From the human T2T-CHM13v2.0 reference genome, Homo sapiens: a stretch of 64,000 nucleotides of DNA. Below the pieces are notes generated by a model. That model did no database searches. It was not told the origin of the DNA and saw only the letters and a list, made by a program, of their open reading frames with translations. This document shows, one piece after another, positions 1-12,849 of this stretch (its first letter is position 1; each line of letters starts with the position of its first letter). The stretch is from assembly GCF_009914755.1 (NCBI RefSeq), contig NC_060931.1. One strand, 5' to 3'. Made by a program: the position numbers and the translations under genes.

Positions 1-830
1 CTTACTTTCTCCCTCCTCCAGCCCCTGCTTATTTAGATTTATAGACATATTTGTTAATATTGTTTCAGTTTAGGTTTTTAAAAATTGTTTTCTTTTGTTT
101 TACTTATATTGGTTCTTGTATCCTTCAGTCTGGGTTCAACTTTCTTTTTCCTGAAGTACACCCTTTAGTAGCCCTTTCAGCAAGGCTTCTCATGTATTGG
201 ACATATGTTAGACGTCTTTTGCTATACTCCATCTTTCTTAAACTCTTTATGTAATCTCCACCCCTCTGTCTCCTTGAGCTATTCTGGTTAAAGAGTCTGA
301 GGCTTATCTTTCAGTTCACCCACCTCTCTGCACTTCACTTTCTTTGCATAAACCTTGCTATTTAGTGATACATTGAGTTTTTATTTTGGTTATATTTTTT
401 ATTACTAAAGGATCTATTTGATTCTTTGACATTGTTCTTTTTCACTGGCTTTCTTCTTTCTTTAAGGTTTAGTACCATTTTTCATTTGTTTAATTATCAT
501 TATTATCATACTCCTTTTACAATCTTTTTAAAATCTAAAAATGTGAAGATCCTGTTTATTGTTTCTGATGACTATTCTCGTTGGCAAATTATTTTATCAT
601 ATTTTTTTTAATTATAAGCTCTGAGAATTCCATAGGGCAAAAATTGCAATAGTTTGCATTTGCTTCTGTCAGATGCCCCAGTAAATCATGAACTTGGATC
701 AATTTTCATCATACAGTGTAATTGCAATGTAAACAAACAAAAAAGTAAATTCATACTTAAAACATATACTAGGAGTAGGTTTGGGTTCCAATCAATTGAG
801 GATATGAGCAGTATAAAGGGACTTGATTCC
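1..830 (-). mobile_element. Old L1 (L1M-type) fragment, highly diverged
   Basis: T-rich degenerate sequence typical of antisense ancient L1; pattern recognition only, boundaries approximate. Confidence 0.4.
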
Positions 831-1409
831 AATTTATATCTACGAGGACCTGGAAGCCTCCATTCCTGTCTGTGCTGGGCATTAAAATCCCAGCCTCTCT
901 TCATTACAGATTCCTAAAATCCCATCCCCCGTGTTTTTGTATTAACTTGAGTGCTTACTTTGTTGGCTTTTCTCTAAAAAAAAAATATGTTTCCCAAACA
1001 TTCGCCTTTCAAATCAGACCAGGTTTGCCTTTAATATGTATTGTCAAATAATGTTATATTCCATGTGATCATACTTTTCTATGGAGTTTGAAGTGGAAAC
1101 CAGCTGTCAGAATTACCTATTCAATGAAAGACCCACACATTTGCTGGGACTGGTGCTTCTCCCATTGGCAAAAGCAACTGCACAGTTACCCCCAAGTTTT
1201 TCAGATTCTGACACCTAACCGTATCTGTTAGGCACAAAAGCACCTTGTTTATCCTCAAACCCTGTAAGATCATTTGTGTTTACATAAATAACAACCTTCA
1301 CAATAGGAAAGGGCTCTGTCCTGAAACACAGCTCCATAAATTGTGGGCTGGACCAAATATGCAGAAAAGCATATAGAGGAAAAGGATTCATAGATTTAAA
1401 AGACTATAT

Positions 1410-1738
<329 letters not shown>

Positions 1739-1739
1739 T

Positions 1740-3830
1740 TAAATATGTATAGCACAGAAAGAAGTTTCAAATAATACATATTTTAAATAAATGGAACAAA
1801 AAATACTCAAAGATGGAAAATGTAGCCTTCCAACAAATGAAACTTATCACAATGATTTTTATCTTGTTTTTGACTGATAAATAAGTAAAACCAAGAATGA
1901 TGTTTCATTTTATGAACGATTAGATTTGTAATTCTAAGTTAAAACAAGCAAATAATCATATTAATTTTATCTTGAAATTAAATATTAATCATAGGAGAAA
2001 AGAGATACCAGAGATGGAAGTACAAAATAAAGAAGTCAAGGAAAATCTGTACTCTTACATTTTGAATTGGAAATATCAGTGTGAACTTGTGGTTTTTCCT
2101 TCCTTAAAATTATTTTTTCTGGCTTTGACCACTGAAATGACATATTATCAGTGGTTCTAAATACCATTTTTCTCTAAAAAGAACCTAGGACTGGTGTAGG
2201 AAATGAACAGAAAGATTCTGGAACATCTTGTTGGCACAAAGAGCAAGGAAGCTATCAGAGGCTAATGGGATCATGTCAAAGTACACAAGCCAGCTTGATG
2301 GGCTTCCATGGCAAAAGATGTGACAATCTGAGCATCAATGAGAATAATGATTGCAATTGTTTAAAACTCACTGAAAATATAAAAATCTATGAGTTATTAG
2401 TGATATTAAAAAAAGAATAAAAAAGAAATAAGACATAACTCATTGTTACAATATTGGAGGTTGCTAGGGCACAAACTCATTACTGTGAAAATTGATAATG
2501 AAAGGAAAAGAACTGAGCATTTATTCTGCCTTTGCAAGCACAAACTGTGTTTCACAGGAACAAATATCCTTAGTGAGTGGGTTTTCCTGTACAAAAATCG
2601 CTAATAAATTCAGAAGGAATTATGAAAAGTCACCATTTTGTAACTTATAAAAAAAAATCACTTCAGACAGTGGTCATCAATGGGCTGTAAAACTATTAGA
2701 TGAAATGTCAAGGGAAATGTTTGCAATGAAGAAACAGGTTGTCAGCGCCTGAACCCCGAACTTTCTTACCTCTGTAAGTGAGAACACCAGGCTTCATGTG
2801 CTTCCTAAAGTAATGCAGTGGGAAAGTAAGGCATTACTTGAGATGAAATTTAAGCAAGCCTCTAGAGCTAACTTCCAGTCTACAGAAATACAGGAGACAG
2901 AGAAACAAGTTAAATCGTACTAAGAGAAAACCATCAGCAAAAGTCAGAACACGGAGTGAACTTAGTCTCTTCAATATTTAAAGCATAAAAAACTAAATGA
3001 AGTGGGGATTTTTAATATTACTTTATAAGAAACAAGAGATATAGGCTGGGCATAGTGGCTCACGCCTGTAATCCCAGCACTCTGGGAGGCTGAGGTGAGA
3101 GGATCACTTGAGCCAGGAGTTTGAGACCAGCCTGACCAACATGGTGAAACTTCGTCCCTATTAAAAAATAAATACAAAAATTAGCCGGGCATGATGGTAG
3201 GCACCTGTAGTCCTAGCTACTCAGGAGGCTGAGCTGGGAGGATTGCTTGAACCCAGGAGGTGGAGGCTGCACTGAGCCAAGATCGTGTCACTGTGCCGAG
3301 ATTGTGCAACTGCACTCCAGCCTGGGGGACAGAGTGAGACCCTGTCAACAAAACAAAACAAAACACACACACAAAAACAAGAAACAAAAGATATAAGAAA
3401 ATATAAACAATGAACCTTATTTAAATCTTAATTCAACCAAACAAACAGAAAAAGACATTTTGGATAATATATCAACTTCGAGAGTTTTAATGTGGAATGA
3501 ATATTATGATACTGAATATTTGATGATATTAAAATTATTAAATGATTGCTAATATTAAGTAATAATAATTATTAATTTTTATAATGGTCTGTGGTCATGT
3601 AAGAAAATGTCCTTTATGTTTTGAAATTCATATTGAAATGTTTAGTGGTAAAAGAACATGACATCTGAGATTTGTTAAAGAACAGCAGCCAAGAAAGCCA
3701 GTGGGGGTAAAAAAAAAACAAGTATGATAGTGTGAATATGGTTGAGGTTGGATGGTAATTACGCAGAGGTTCATTATATTCTCTACTTTCGTGTGTTTTT
3801 GGAACATTTCCTAACAAAAAATAACAAGAG
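1740..3830 (+). mobile_element. Old L1 (L1MC/L1ME-like) 3' region interrupted by AluJ
   Basis: 3' end motifs gtaagaaaatgtcctt and gaggttcattatattctctacttt, A-rich degenerate body. Confidence 0.55.
3044..3378 (+). mobile_element. AluJ with internal 19-bp tandem duplication
   Basis: AluJ diagnostics (ggatcacttgag, ggaggattgcttga, gagaccctgtc); 17-bp TSD aagaaacaa(g/a)agatata at 3027-3043 and 3379-3395. Confidence 0.95.
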
Positions 3831-3839
3831 AATGATTTA

Positions 3840-4150
3840 TCTCATGGTAAAGTCACCAAATTTCAAAAATAAAGACTAAAACTTTTCAGATATTTTAGCA
3901 TGTGAAGCAGTTTACCTGCAAAAGACTTTTCCTCTGAAACATGAAATGGCAGGAGATCATGAAGAAATGTCCACAAAGTTGAAGGAAACCTCATGTAACC
4001 CCCAAATACTTTACATAATCAGGAACAGCTCTATAGGTAAGGCAACAGAGAACACACTTTTAAATATACAGTAATTCTGAAACTGTAATAGCCTTAAACT
4101 CTTATTTGAACACATAATCCTGCCTAATTGAAGATTAATCAGAATCAGGA
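3840..4150 (+). mobile_element. HAL1/ancient L1 ORF1-like fragment
   Basis: Degenerate similarity to the L1 ORF1 C-terminal region by eye. Confidence 0.3.
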
Positions 4151-5214
4151 ATCCATGAATGGGGAATTTATGTTATTGAACTGCACAAAAACTGCTAATA
4201 AATGCATGGACAGCCTGTGTCCATTTAACCCTAGAATAATTCTAAATAATTGTGCTGAGAATTTTTATAAAACATAACATAATTTTTAAAATGAATGATA
4301 GAAAAAGCTAATATTCTCTCATATCTCCCTATTTTCCTGTATAGTATTTATTACAACTAATAATTTATATATTTATTTGCAGGCTTATTTGTTTAAGATC
4401 CAATTCCATCATGAGACTACAAGCTTGTTGACAGCAGAGACCATGTTTTTAAAAATGTGCTTAATCTTCATCACAGCATGGACTCAACATTTAAAGCTGC
4501 ATTTAGACTAACCCCTATTTGTTAAGTGTGGTTTTTGTGTCTTAAGGTACATTCTTGTTATCATCAGATTAATCTTCCCCTTCACTATGGGCCCAGATGA
4601 ATGCCAATCTTTTTCAGTCCTGTTATTGCACTCTCTCGTCAGCATCCCTTCTTTGGATGAATCCCACCATATCTGGCTCCTTAGTGTCCCTACCAACAGC
4701 ATCCATAAATTTGAATGCATTCACGAATGCTATAAGTGAAACAAAACAAGGACTCTTCAGTATTTTATTTCTGTTCTTATCATCTCTATTTGTCATGAGG
4801 GCTTCAAATTTGTATATGCTGAAGTACGCACAACTACATAGCCATGTCTCTACCAAGATGGCCACCCATTTTTAAATGTTGTTTTATAATTTATAATCTT
4901 CTTTCTAATTTAAGAACATCGTGCTTCAAAATTCGGCACTATTGTTTAAACTTCAAATTATATATATTATATTCTGGAGAGAAAAAGAAGAAGGAAAGTA
5001 GAAGAAGAAGGGAATTATGATGTGTATGGATCTACTGTTATTTCATGCGCTGTAATCAGTATTCATGAACATTTTCTCTTAATACTCAAAATAACTACCA
5101 GGTCATCAACCACCAGGTCAACCTATCCTTTGAGATTTAGTTAAAACGAACTAAAAACTCTTTTATTGTGCCTCTTGCATGGATTTGCAAAATGTCTGTG
5201 AATTCTCAGGGGTT

Positions 5215-5985
5215 GTCGTAGTAGACTTTCTTTCCACCCAGCATTCATTCTCCCTTTCCTAAAAGCCCCCGAGCACTGCTTGTAGATTCATGTATTTCCA
5301 AGGGTCCTGCATCTGCCTCCAGCTCCTGCAGTATATTACACCGTGGAAGCTAAGCCATCCAGTGTATTCTATCCCCTTGAACACAGACCGGGAGGGTTAG
5401 GGGTGTGACCTAATCTGGTCTAAACAAAGAGAATCTTTGGATTTTGTCTGGATATTTGAAATAAAGGGCTCTCCCCTGTTTTAGATGGTATGGGTTGTGG
5501 TATGGTATAAGGCCTGGAGTTGCTGCAGCCTTTCACTACCACGAGGGGAGCCAAAACCAATGGATAGATTGAAACAGAGCAAAGGGATTCATGGAGAGAT
5601 GTAGCTAGAACTCTATTTACATTATTATTATTACCATTATTATTATTATTTAAAGAGACAGGGACTTGCTCTGTCATCCAGGCTGAGTGTAGTGGCACAA
5701 TTGTAGCTCACTGCAGCCTCTAACTCCTGGGCTCAAGTGAAGTGATCTTCTTGTGTTAGCCTCCCAAGCAGCTAGGACTACAGGTGTGCACCACCATGCC
5801 TGGCTATTTTTATTTTTATTTTTTGATAGAGACAGCGTTCATTAGATGTGAAAAAAACCTCTAGATCAAGCCAGACCTGAGGCCCACTAACCTCTGCACT
5901 TTTTAGTTTTGTGAGCCAGGAAATTCCCTTTGTTGTCCAAGTAAGGCTGAGTTTGGTTTTGCATTCCTTGCATGATAACAGATAC
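5215..5985 (+). mobile_element. MLT1-family (MaLR) solo LTR interrupted by Alu fragment
   Basis: MLT1-type 3' end: tctagatcaagcc...gtgagccaggaaattcccttt...ctgagtttggtttt. Confidence 0.6.
5621..5835 (-). mobile_element. Truncated AluJ (right arm plus linker), (ATT)n tail
   Basis: gagacaggg...gctcactgcagcctctaactcctgggctcaag...ccaccatgcctggcta. Confidence 0.9.
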
Positions 5986-7029
5986 TATTTTATATTGTGT
6001 CACTTCTTCAGACTTCGCCAAATATTTGAACACATTACATCTCATTTTCCATAACTCTTCTCTCAGTTTGTTACTGTTGACCCAGATGTGGGATTCAGCC
6101 TTCCTTTCCCTGAAAAAATGTCCCTCACACAAGAATTTACATGTGTAGCCGATTTTGCTGAAGGTTTGGGATTCAAAGGGTATGTACAATGCAGGGAAAA
6201 ATAAACAACAGCAATATATTCAATTAACATTATATATTAGCTATTCCCAGTTGTGAGACTCTCACTGCCCTCATGGGACATGGTGGGGAATTTCTCATCC
6301 ACTCCTGCACGCTCAGGCTCCAGCTGCCTGGTCTGTCTTGCTTTTCCTCCTCCTCCTCCTTCTTCTTTGTTCTCCTTGACCCATAATTTTATTTCATCTA
6401 GCTACGTCATTATTACTTTGTCTTCTTCTACCTTCCCTTTGGACCTGCCTGGCTAAGCTGTGTATCAGATATTTTCTTGAAGAAATAAAATTCGCTTTGC
6501 AAGATGATAATCTTGAATGCCATGGCTAGGTAATTAAACAATTAATATAAACTCTGTTCTCTTTAATGAATATCTTTTTTTTGCCTAGTGCTTCAACTAT
6601 AGTTTTACAGTGAAATGAATGCTTAAAAATTATATATTTTAATCTTCTATGTTCTGTATAGATCTGTTTGCCAACTAACGTGGGGATTTGGTAATTACAA
6701 AATATTGTAACTGGAAGGGCATTAAAAATCCAACACCTTCATTCAGGTCCGATAGGAGTGGGTGGTAGAGATGGGAGTAGAACCAGACAGCCTTTAATTC
6801 ATTTGCCTCTACTTTGTGGCATGTGATAGGGACATTTGATTTACTGGGACATAGGTTTGATGTTGATCATAGATGAGTATCCTTTAAAAAACCTTTAAAA
6901 ACTTCAACAAAGTGATTTTTTTCCAACACTTCCATCCAGAAGGTATTGCATATCTCAGCTGACTCTCATATAAAATTATTGTTTTGGACATTCATCCCTA
7001 ACAACCTTTGCATTTATAATATTCAATAT

Positions 7030-7160
7030 AATACTGCCCTCAGTGTCCTCATCTATAAAATCAGGATAAAGAACACATACTTTCTAGGGCCAGGGTGAGG
7101 ATTAAATGTGTTAGTATAAGCGAAGTGCTTAGAACAGTTGCATGGCAAATTGTAAATACT
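7030..7160 (+). mobile_element. MIR
   Basis: Core ctcagtgtcctcatctataaaat...gtgaggattaaatg...gtgcttagaacag. Confidence 0.8.
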
Positions 7161-7164
7161 CTAG

Positions 7165-7678
7165 GATGTCTGCAACTCTCGAACTTTTTAGTCTTAGTTT
7201 CTTTACACTATTACAGAATTATTTAAGACCTCAAAAAGCCTTTGTGTTGTGGGTTATGTTTACTAATATTTACTATATTAGAAATTAAAACCAATAAATT
7301 AAAAGTTTACTTACTGATTTATTTTAAATAGCTACATAACATAAATAATTTGTTTTATGAAAAAAATTATGTTTACCACAAACAAAATATCTAGTAAAAA
7401 GAGTGGCTTTGTTTTAGATTTTTGCAAATCTCTAGTAAGTGTCTGACTTACTAGAAGATGATTGGAGTCTCATGTCTGCTTCTGCATTCAATCTGCTATG
7501 AAATTACATATCATGCAGCTTTGGGAAATGCTACTGTATGCTCTTCAGAAAATGAGAGTGAAAAAGGAAAAAATCTCATTTTAGTGTTATTTTGAAAAAG
7601 TTTTGTCCTTCCAGACCCCCTGAAAGGGCCTCATGAACCCTCAAGAGTACTCAAACTACATCTTGGGATCCTCTTCTA
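7165..7678 (-). mobile_element. hAT-Charlie DNA transposon fossil (MER119/Charlie1-like)
   Basis: Ends resemble ctcgaactttttagtc...ctttacact and agttttg...ccctgaaaggg...ggatcctc of the Charlie1/MER119 family. Confidence 0.65.
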
Positions 7679-10079
7679 TGTTTTCCATAATTATTATTGC
7701 TGTTATTGTTATTGATGATGATGATGATTACAAAGAAATCCAGAATAGATATAGATATGGGTTTTCCAATGTAAGAGCTGCAAGTTTTGAAGTTCTCTTG
7801 ATGAATTTCGTTCTGTACAGTCATCCATTTAAAAACGTTTGTCTTTAAAATGGTGGAACTAGGTCTATGTGTTGTGAATCTATCAATATAAGGAATAAAA
7901 GGACAGTGGTATTTAGCTTTTTCAGGCATGTGAAGCTATAACCATGAAATAGAAAAAGTCCTCTAGTGTACTGTGGCTGTAAGGAAACAGAATGTGTGTC
8001 TCCACCATTGTGGAGAATTTTCATGAGAAGTTACGTGTTAACATTTGGGCTCAGACACAAAAACTACCCAAAGTACAGTAAAACCCAGGAGCATTTCAAT
8101 GCCTTTTTCCAAGCATATTCAAGCAGAAGAAATATATTCTAGAAGACCTAGAAATGCATAACTATAGCCAAAACATTTCATGAAGAGGGCAAATGGAAAT
8201 TAAGGAACTGGCTCCATGTGTTGGCTTTTTCTATTTTTATCCTGGGTAAAGTCCCCTGGCAGAAAGGATGACGAAGTTGGAGGTCTGATAATGCATTAGT
8301 ATATTCACAGGTCTTCCTTGCCCAGAGTCAACAGGCTCTTGAACTTCTCAGCTGCTCATTTTAAAGGCAATATCTTGTCACTGTTTCTCAGGGGAAAACC
8401 AGTGCTCCCAAATTATGTTGTAGAAGAAAACTGTAAATCATAGGTCATCACGACTAACGGTGCCTTGGCTCAGCCAAGTCAAGCCCCTCTCAACTCTGTA
8501 GTCCCTGGGCTTGATGTGTGAGGTTTCCTCCCTTCTCCCCTTCTCTTTTAAAAATAATCAATCTGTTTTGGGTATTTTTCCTGTCCTCAACTTCCCTAGA
8601 AATATGAAAATAACAACAAAAGATCCCAGGTTATAGATCAGTTACACTGGTCAATGTCCTGTGGAATTAAGAGACCCCTAATGTTGCTTAAGGAAACTGA
8701 TGGTGATTAAAAAGACCATTCCAGAGAAATGCTCTACAAAACTTGAAAGTAGACAAAAATGTAGTGTTGTGGGGGTAAAAATAGAAAAAGCAATGGATCA
8801 TTCCAGAGGCTGATGGCAGCATATGAAATTCTAGGAAAAACTGACTTTGAAAAGAAGGGCAGAAGCAAAGCCAACTGAAGAAGGGAAAGGGCAGTCAATG
8901 AGGAGTCTTGATTAGGGTATGTTGATTCTTGTCCCCCCGTCATCTGATTCCCATGTCAGCCTCAAAAATCACGTGATGACACAGCTATGTGGTGAGTCAT
9001 GCTGTAGAGAGTGCTCTGCCATGATGCTTAATGTAGGAAGAAGACTGGAGTCTAGTAAACTAGGGGTGGGAGATTTAAAATGAAAAATAAAACGAGTCAG
9101 AGGAATGGTAAGTTAGTCTTTTAAAAACCAGGAAAGGTATGTACGCAAAAGCAAGAAGTAACAGAGAAATGAAAAAAAAAAAGAGTAAAACCGTAAACAA
9201 AAAAGCAAACAACTACAACAAAAAGAACAGGTCTCAACAGAGAGAAAGGCATGTCATATCGATTTGTATTACATCTACATGTTATGATAGCATAAGTAGA
9301 AATATACTAAGTCTAGTAAGAGTGTCTTGATGACTTTTTGAACCATCTGTTCACTTTTTTTTTTTTTTTTTTTTTGCTTTTGGTCCTTGGATTAAAGAAG
9401 CCTCCAGGTATGTTAGCTCTTCTCATCCCTAAACATTGCAAAACATTCATCAAAACAAAGGAAGATGGAGATGACCAACTTCTGCACTTTATCTTGATTC
9501 CCAGTCCTCCATTTATCTATCAGTGTCCTCTGTGGTTTAAGAAATCAAGGACATCGCTATCCTGAGAAGCTAGGGACTGGGATTTTGGGCAATGGTGGGA
9601 CCTCTTTTGGTTTGACTTACGGTGACCTTTTGCCATCACTGCTGCCTTGCCTACAAGAGTATCTTGGAAAAGGACATATCTAGCTGCTTCGCGATCCAGG
9701 AGTGGGCTTTAGAGGGCCAGAAAATGCACAATATTATGGAAATTTGATGGGAGGTAAGAAAACAGAGAGATGATGGTAATGGTGAATATTTCACTCAAGG
9801 AGTCTCCTTTCCTAAAATGCTACTGTGGGAATGGGAATCAATATTAGTTGGCATACCCCCATTCTCTCCCATTTGTTTTCCATTAATCAAACCTTAGAAG
9901 TGTCTGCCACCCACATTGATGGAGAAACAGATGGTTTGCTCATGCTGTTTCCCTTGCCCTGAACAGGAGCTGCCCTCTGTTTATATCACAACCCAAATCT
10001 TTTCACCATCTGCATAGAGGCTTCCTCCCTTCCCCAGGAGAATTAATCTTTCCTGCCCTCCATAGACCTCCCATATGGG

Positions 10080-10290
10080 AAAATAACTAACACTTGCTGG
10101 GCACTTACACAGTATAGCTCAATAAGCTTTCACAAAACATTATCTCCCCAAATCCTTACACTACCCTTGAGGGATTATTATCACTGGTATAAGACACAAA
10201 ATCCATGACTCAGAGAAATGGCACTTTCTCAAGGCCACACTCTCTGAGAGGTCAGGGAGGGAGTCCATCCCAACCCGAGCCCATGCATTA
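10080..10290 (-). mobile_element. MIR
   Basis: actaacacttgctgggcacttac...gactcagagaa...caaggccacac. Confidence 0.65.
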
Positions 10291-10539
10291 TGGTGCCTAA
10301 AGTGTCAGCATGTTCCACCAGCTAGCATCAAACAATTCCCCCAGATAAATCTTTTAACCATTTGGTTTATTTTTATTATGTTTCTAAAGCAATCTGTGCT
10401 GTTTTGCGCTAACACCAATACAGTACTTGGCACCTAGTACAGGTTCCATAAATATGTGCGGAAGAGTGGGTGCTTCATGTGTGATAGTCACTATTGTGAA
10501 TGTTACTTGACTCTGTGGTTTCATATGAAGGGGCTCCAG

Positions 10540-10740
10540 TTTTGGATTCAGAGCAGGTTCAAATCATATTCCTATTAATCATGAGTTGTTACCTTTTTTT
10601 TTTTTTTGAGCCTAATCTGCAAAATGGGAATAACCATCTCTGCCTCACTGAGTTGTTATTTCACATGTAACATACTGTGAAGTGTCTGACACAGTGCCTG
10701 GCTCAGCCTCCCATCAACGCTGGCTAGTAATAATTATAAT
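10540..10740 (+). mobile_element. MIR
   Basis: ggttcaaatc...atctgcaaaatgggaataa...acacagtgcctggc. Confidence 0.7.
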
Positions 10741-10959
10741 TCATACAGGCCAGATGGTCATGTAAACAACTGGAATATAAGCAAAGAGTGTTGTCCCTAC
10801 GCCAATCGGAACCACCATAATTTGTGGGACAGAGCTTCAAAGGAGGTCTTCGGCCTCATACTGCAGCTTGGCCAGCCTCTCCCACCCACCTCCACCCACA
10901 CCCCCAGCCCCCAGCCCCATAGGAAGGCGCTTAAGAAGCTTAGATCCCAGGGGAAGTTG

Positions 10960-11500
10960 AGCCTCCGATCGGGTGGCAGCGCGTGGGGAACCCAGGCTGC
11001 ACTACAGAGGACGCAGGACGCCAAAACCACCCCGGGGCTCACGCCATCCGCGCACCGGCTCTGCTGCCTAAGTCCGAGGACGCAGGCGGAGGGCGCGGGG
11101 CTCCCGGGCGCCCAGGAGGGCGGTGCCGCCGGGGTGCGCTCCAGGCTTGGCTGCAAACCCCCCAAGAATTAGAAAGCGGGGGCGGCTGCTCAGCGGCTGC
11201 TGCGGCCTGGGACTGCAGCTCGCCCCTCCTCCGCAACTTCCCACTGGTCCCGTCACCTGGCTTTCTGTCTAGTGTCCGCCCAGGCGGGGTCCCAAGAAGG
11301 CGATGCCAGGAGCAGTCGCGCCCCCTGCCCTCTGTGAGCCCGCAGGTTTCGGGCAAGTTTGGCTCAGTCCTTGTCGATGCTCCAGGCTCGGCTTCCCTGG
11401 CCTCCCCTTCCCTGGCCAAAGGAGATGATGGGAAGCCTGAGGTTCTGATCTGGGATAACTGCAGAAACCCCCGGGTAGGACTTCAGCGCAGACGGGACAT
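10960..11500. promoter_or_regulatory. CpG island / probable promoter and first exon
   Basis: About 540 bp GC-rich with dense CpG in an AT-rich background; GC boxes (gggggcggc, aggcgggg); candidate donors on both strands. Confidence 0.85.
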
Positions 11501-11602
11501 TTAATGATGTTGAGAAGGGCCTTTCCTCAGTTAGCCCTCAGCTCCCAGGAGGGCTACCCAGTTGGTGCACGGTCTCATTTTATTTGGGGATGCTGATTTA
11601 AC

Positions 11603-11659
11603 TGTGTGTGTGTCTGTGTCTGTGTGTGTGTGTTTGTGTGTGTGTGCGCGCGCGCGCGC
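11603..11659. repeat. (TG)n(CG)n compound microsatellite, Z-DNA prone
   Basis: Directly visible alternating purine-pyrimidine run ending in a (CG)n stretch. Confidence 0.95.
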
Positions 11660-11945
11660 TTCGGTCCTTCATTCTTTGCTCCTAAAGATTTCTTTAACAA
11701 TGTTGAAAATTGTTTTGTTTTTTTTTTCTTACTTGAAGTTCCTTTTGATTAATTTTCAAGCCGTGGGTATTATGCAATAATATACATAATAGTATATATT
11801 CTGTATTAAATATTTCTCATTGCTACCCGACCTGTCATCAGTTTAGAGCCTTGAAAAAAATCTCCATTTTAATATTAACACAAGGTTTTCCCATAAATTT
11901 GTTTTGAAAAGTTAGGGAGAGTATACTAACTAATGAACTTCAGTT

Positions 11946-11991
11946 AAAAAGTAGGCAAATGAAAAAAAAAAAGAAAAAAAGTAGGCAAATG
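11946..11991 (+). mobile_element. Poly(A)-only retrotransposon insertion with 16-bp TSD
   Basis: aaaaagtaggcaaatg repeated at 11946-11961 and 11976-11991 around a 14-nt A-tract; tt|aaaa L1-endonuclease site. Confidence 0.75.
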
Positions 11992-12849
11992 CGAATGTTC
12001 TTCACTGCCACAAAGCCACCAAGTTAACGGATGGTGTTTATGGGTTTGGGTTTTTGGAGAGCAACTTTACAATACCTGTAGGATTGTCTTGAAAGTCAGG
12101 TTCCGATCTTTAGCCTAAGAAGGTTAAAAAGTTGGTAAGTTATATTCTTTTCACCCTTAACAATAACTGACCCATAATGCATTAGCAATCTGTCCCTAGA
12201 TTGTGAGGAATCAGATAGTTAAAATTAAATTTAGAAAGTTAAAATACTTGTCATCACATTAAAAACACATTACATCAGTTTAGATGAGCTGCAAGTAAAT
12301 CATCCCTTACCTTTCAGAAGATAAAAAGTTTAGTGACTGCTATTTACACACTTTGAATATTTTATATTACAGTGGTCATCATCATTTACACGGATTATTT
12401 TCTATGTCCACTTCCAATTCACAAATATCAGGGTGTTTGTTATGTAGCAGTTCACATTTCAAGCTTCTCTGAAAAGGTGTCCTTATATAAAACAACAGAG
12501 ATAACTGCATATTATCAAAAGGTCATTTAGAGATTTTAAAAATAAAATCATTAGGGACCCCTTAAGAAAAGTAGAGCAATGAACTGTAATTTTAAAAATG
12601 TATATAATAGCACAAAAATCAAAGTCTTAATGGACACTCATTTGAGATAGTTCATTTTGTTTTTGTTTTGTTTTAAACATAGATTTCTAGAGCATTAAAA
12701 ACAATCCTCATAGGTTTGTTAAACCTTTAGCGGAAGATTACAGCCCATGTTTTTGTCTTTGGTGAATAGCTGTTTGTCTCACTTTATTTACTTGGTATTG
12801 GATATTTGTCAATGTCATTTCATATCTACAGAAAATTCTTACGCTCTGT

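Noticed and set aside
4508-4875. Three overlapping ORFs in a unique-looking block
   Set aside because: No recognisable domain or convincing splice-bounded exon; may be ancient TE debris
10797-11504. Overlapping 116-173 aa ORFs in the CpG island
   Set aside because: Expected from stop-codon depletion in GC-rich DNA; several use non-ATG starts; no recognisable protein
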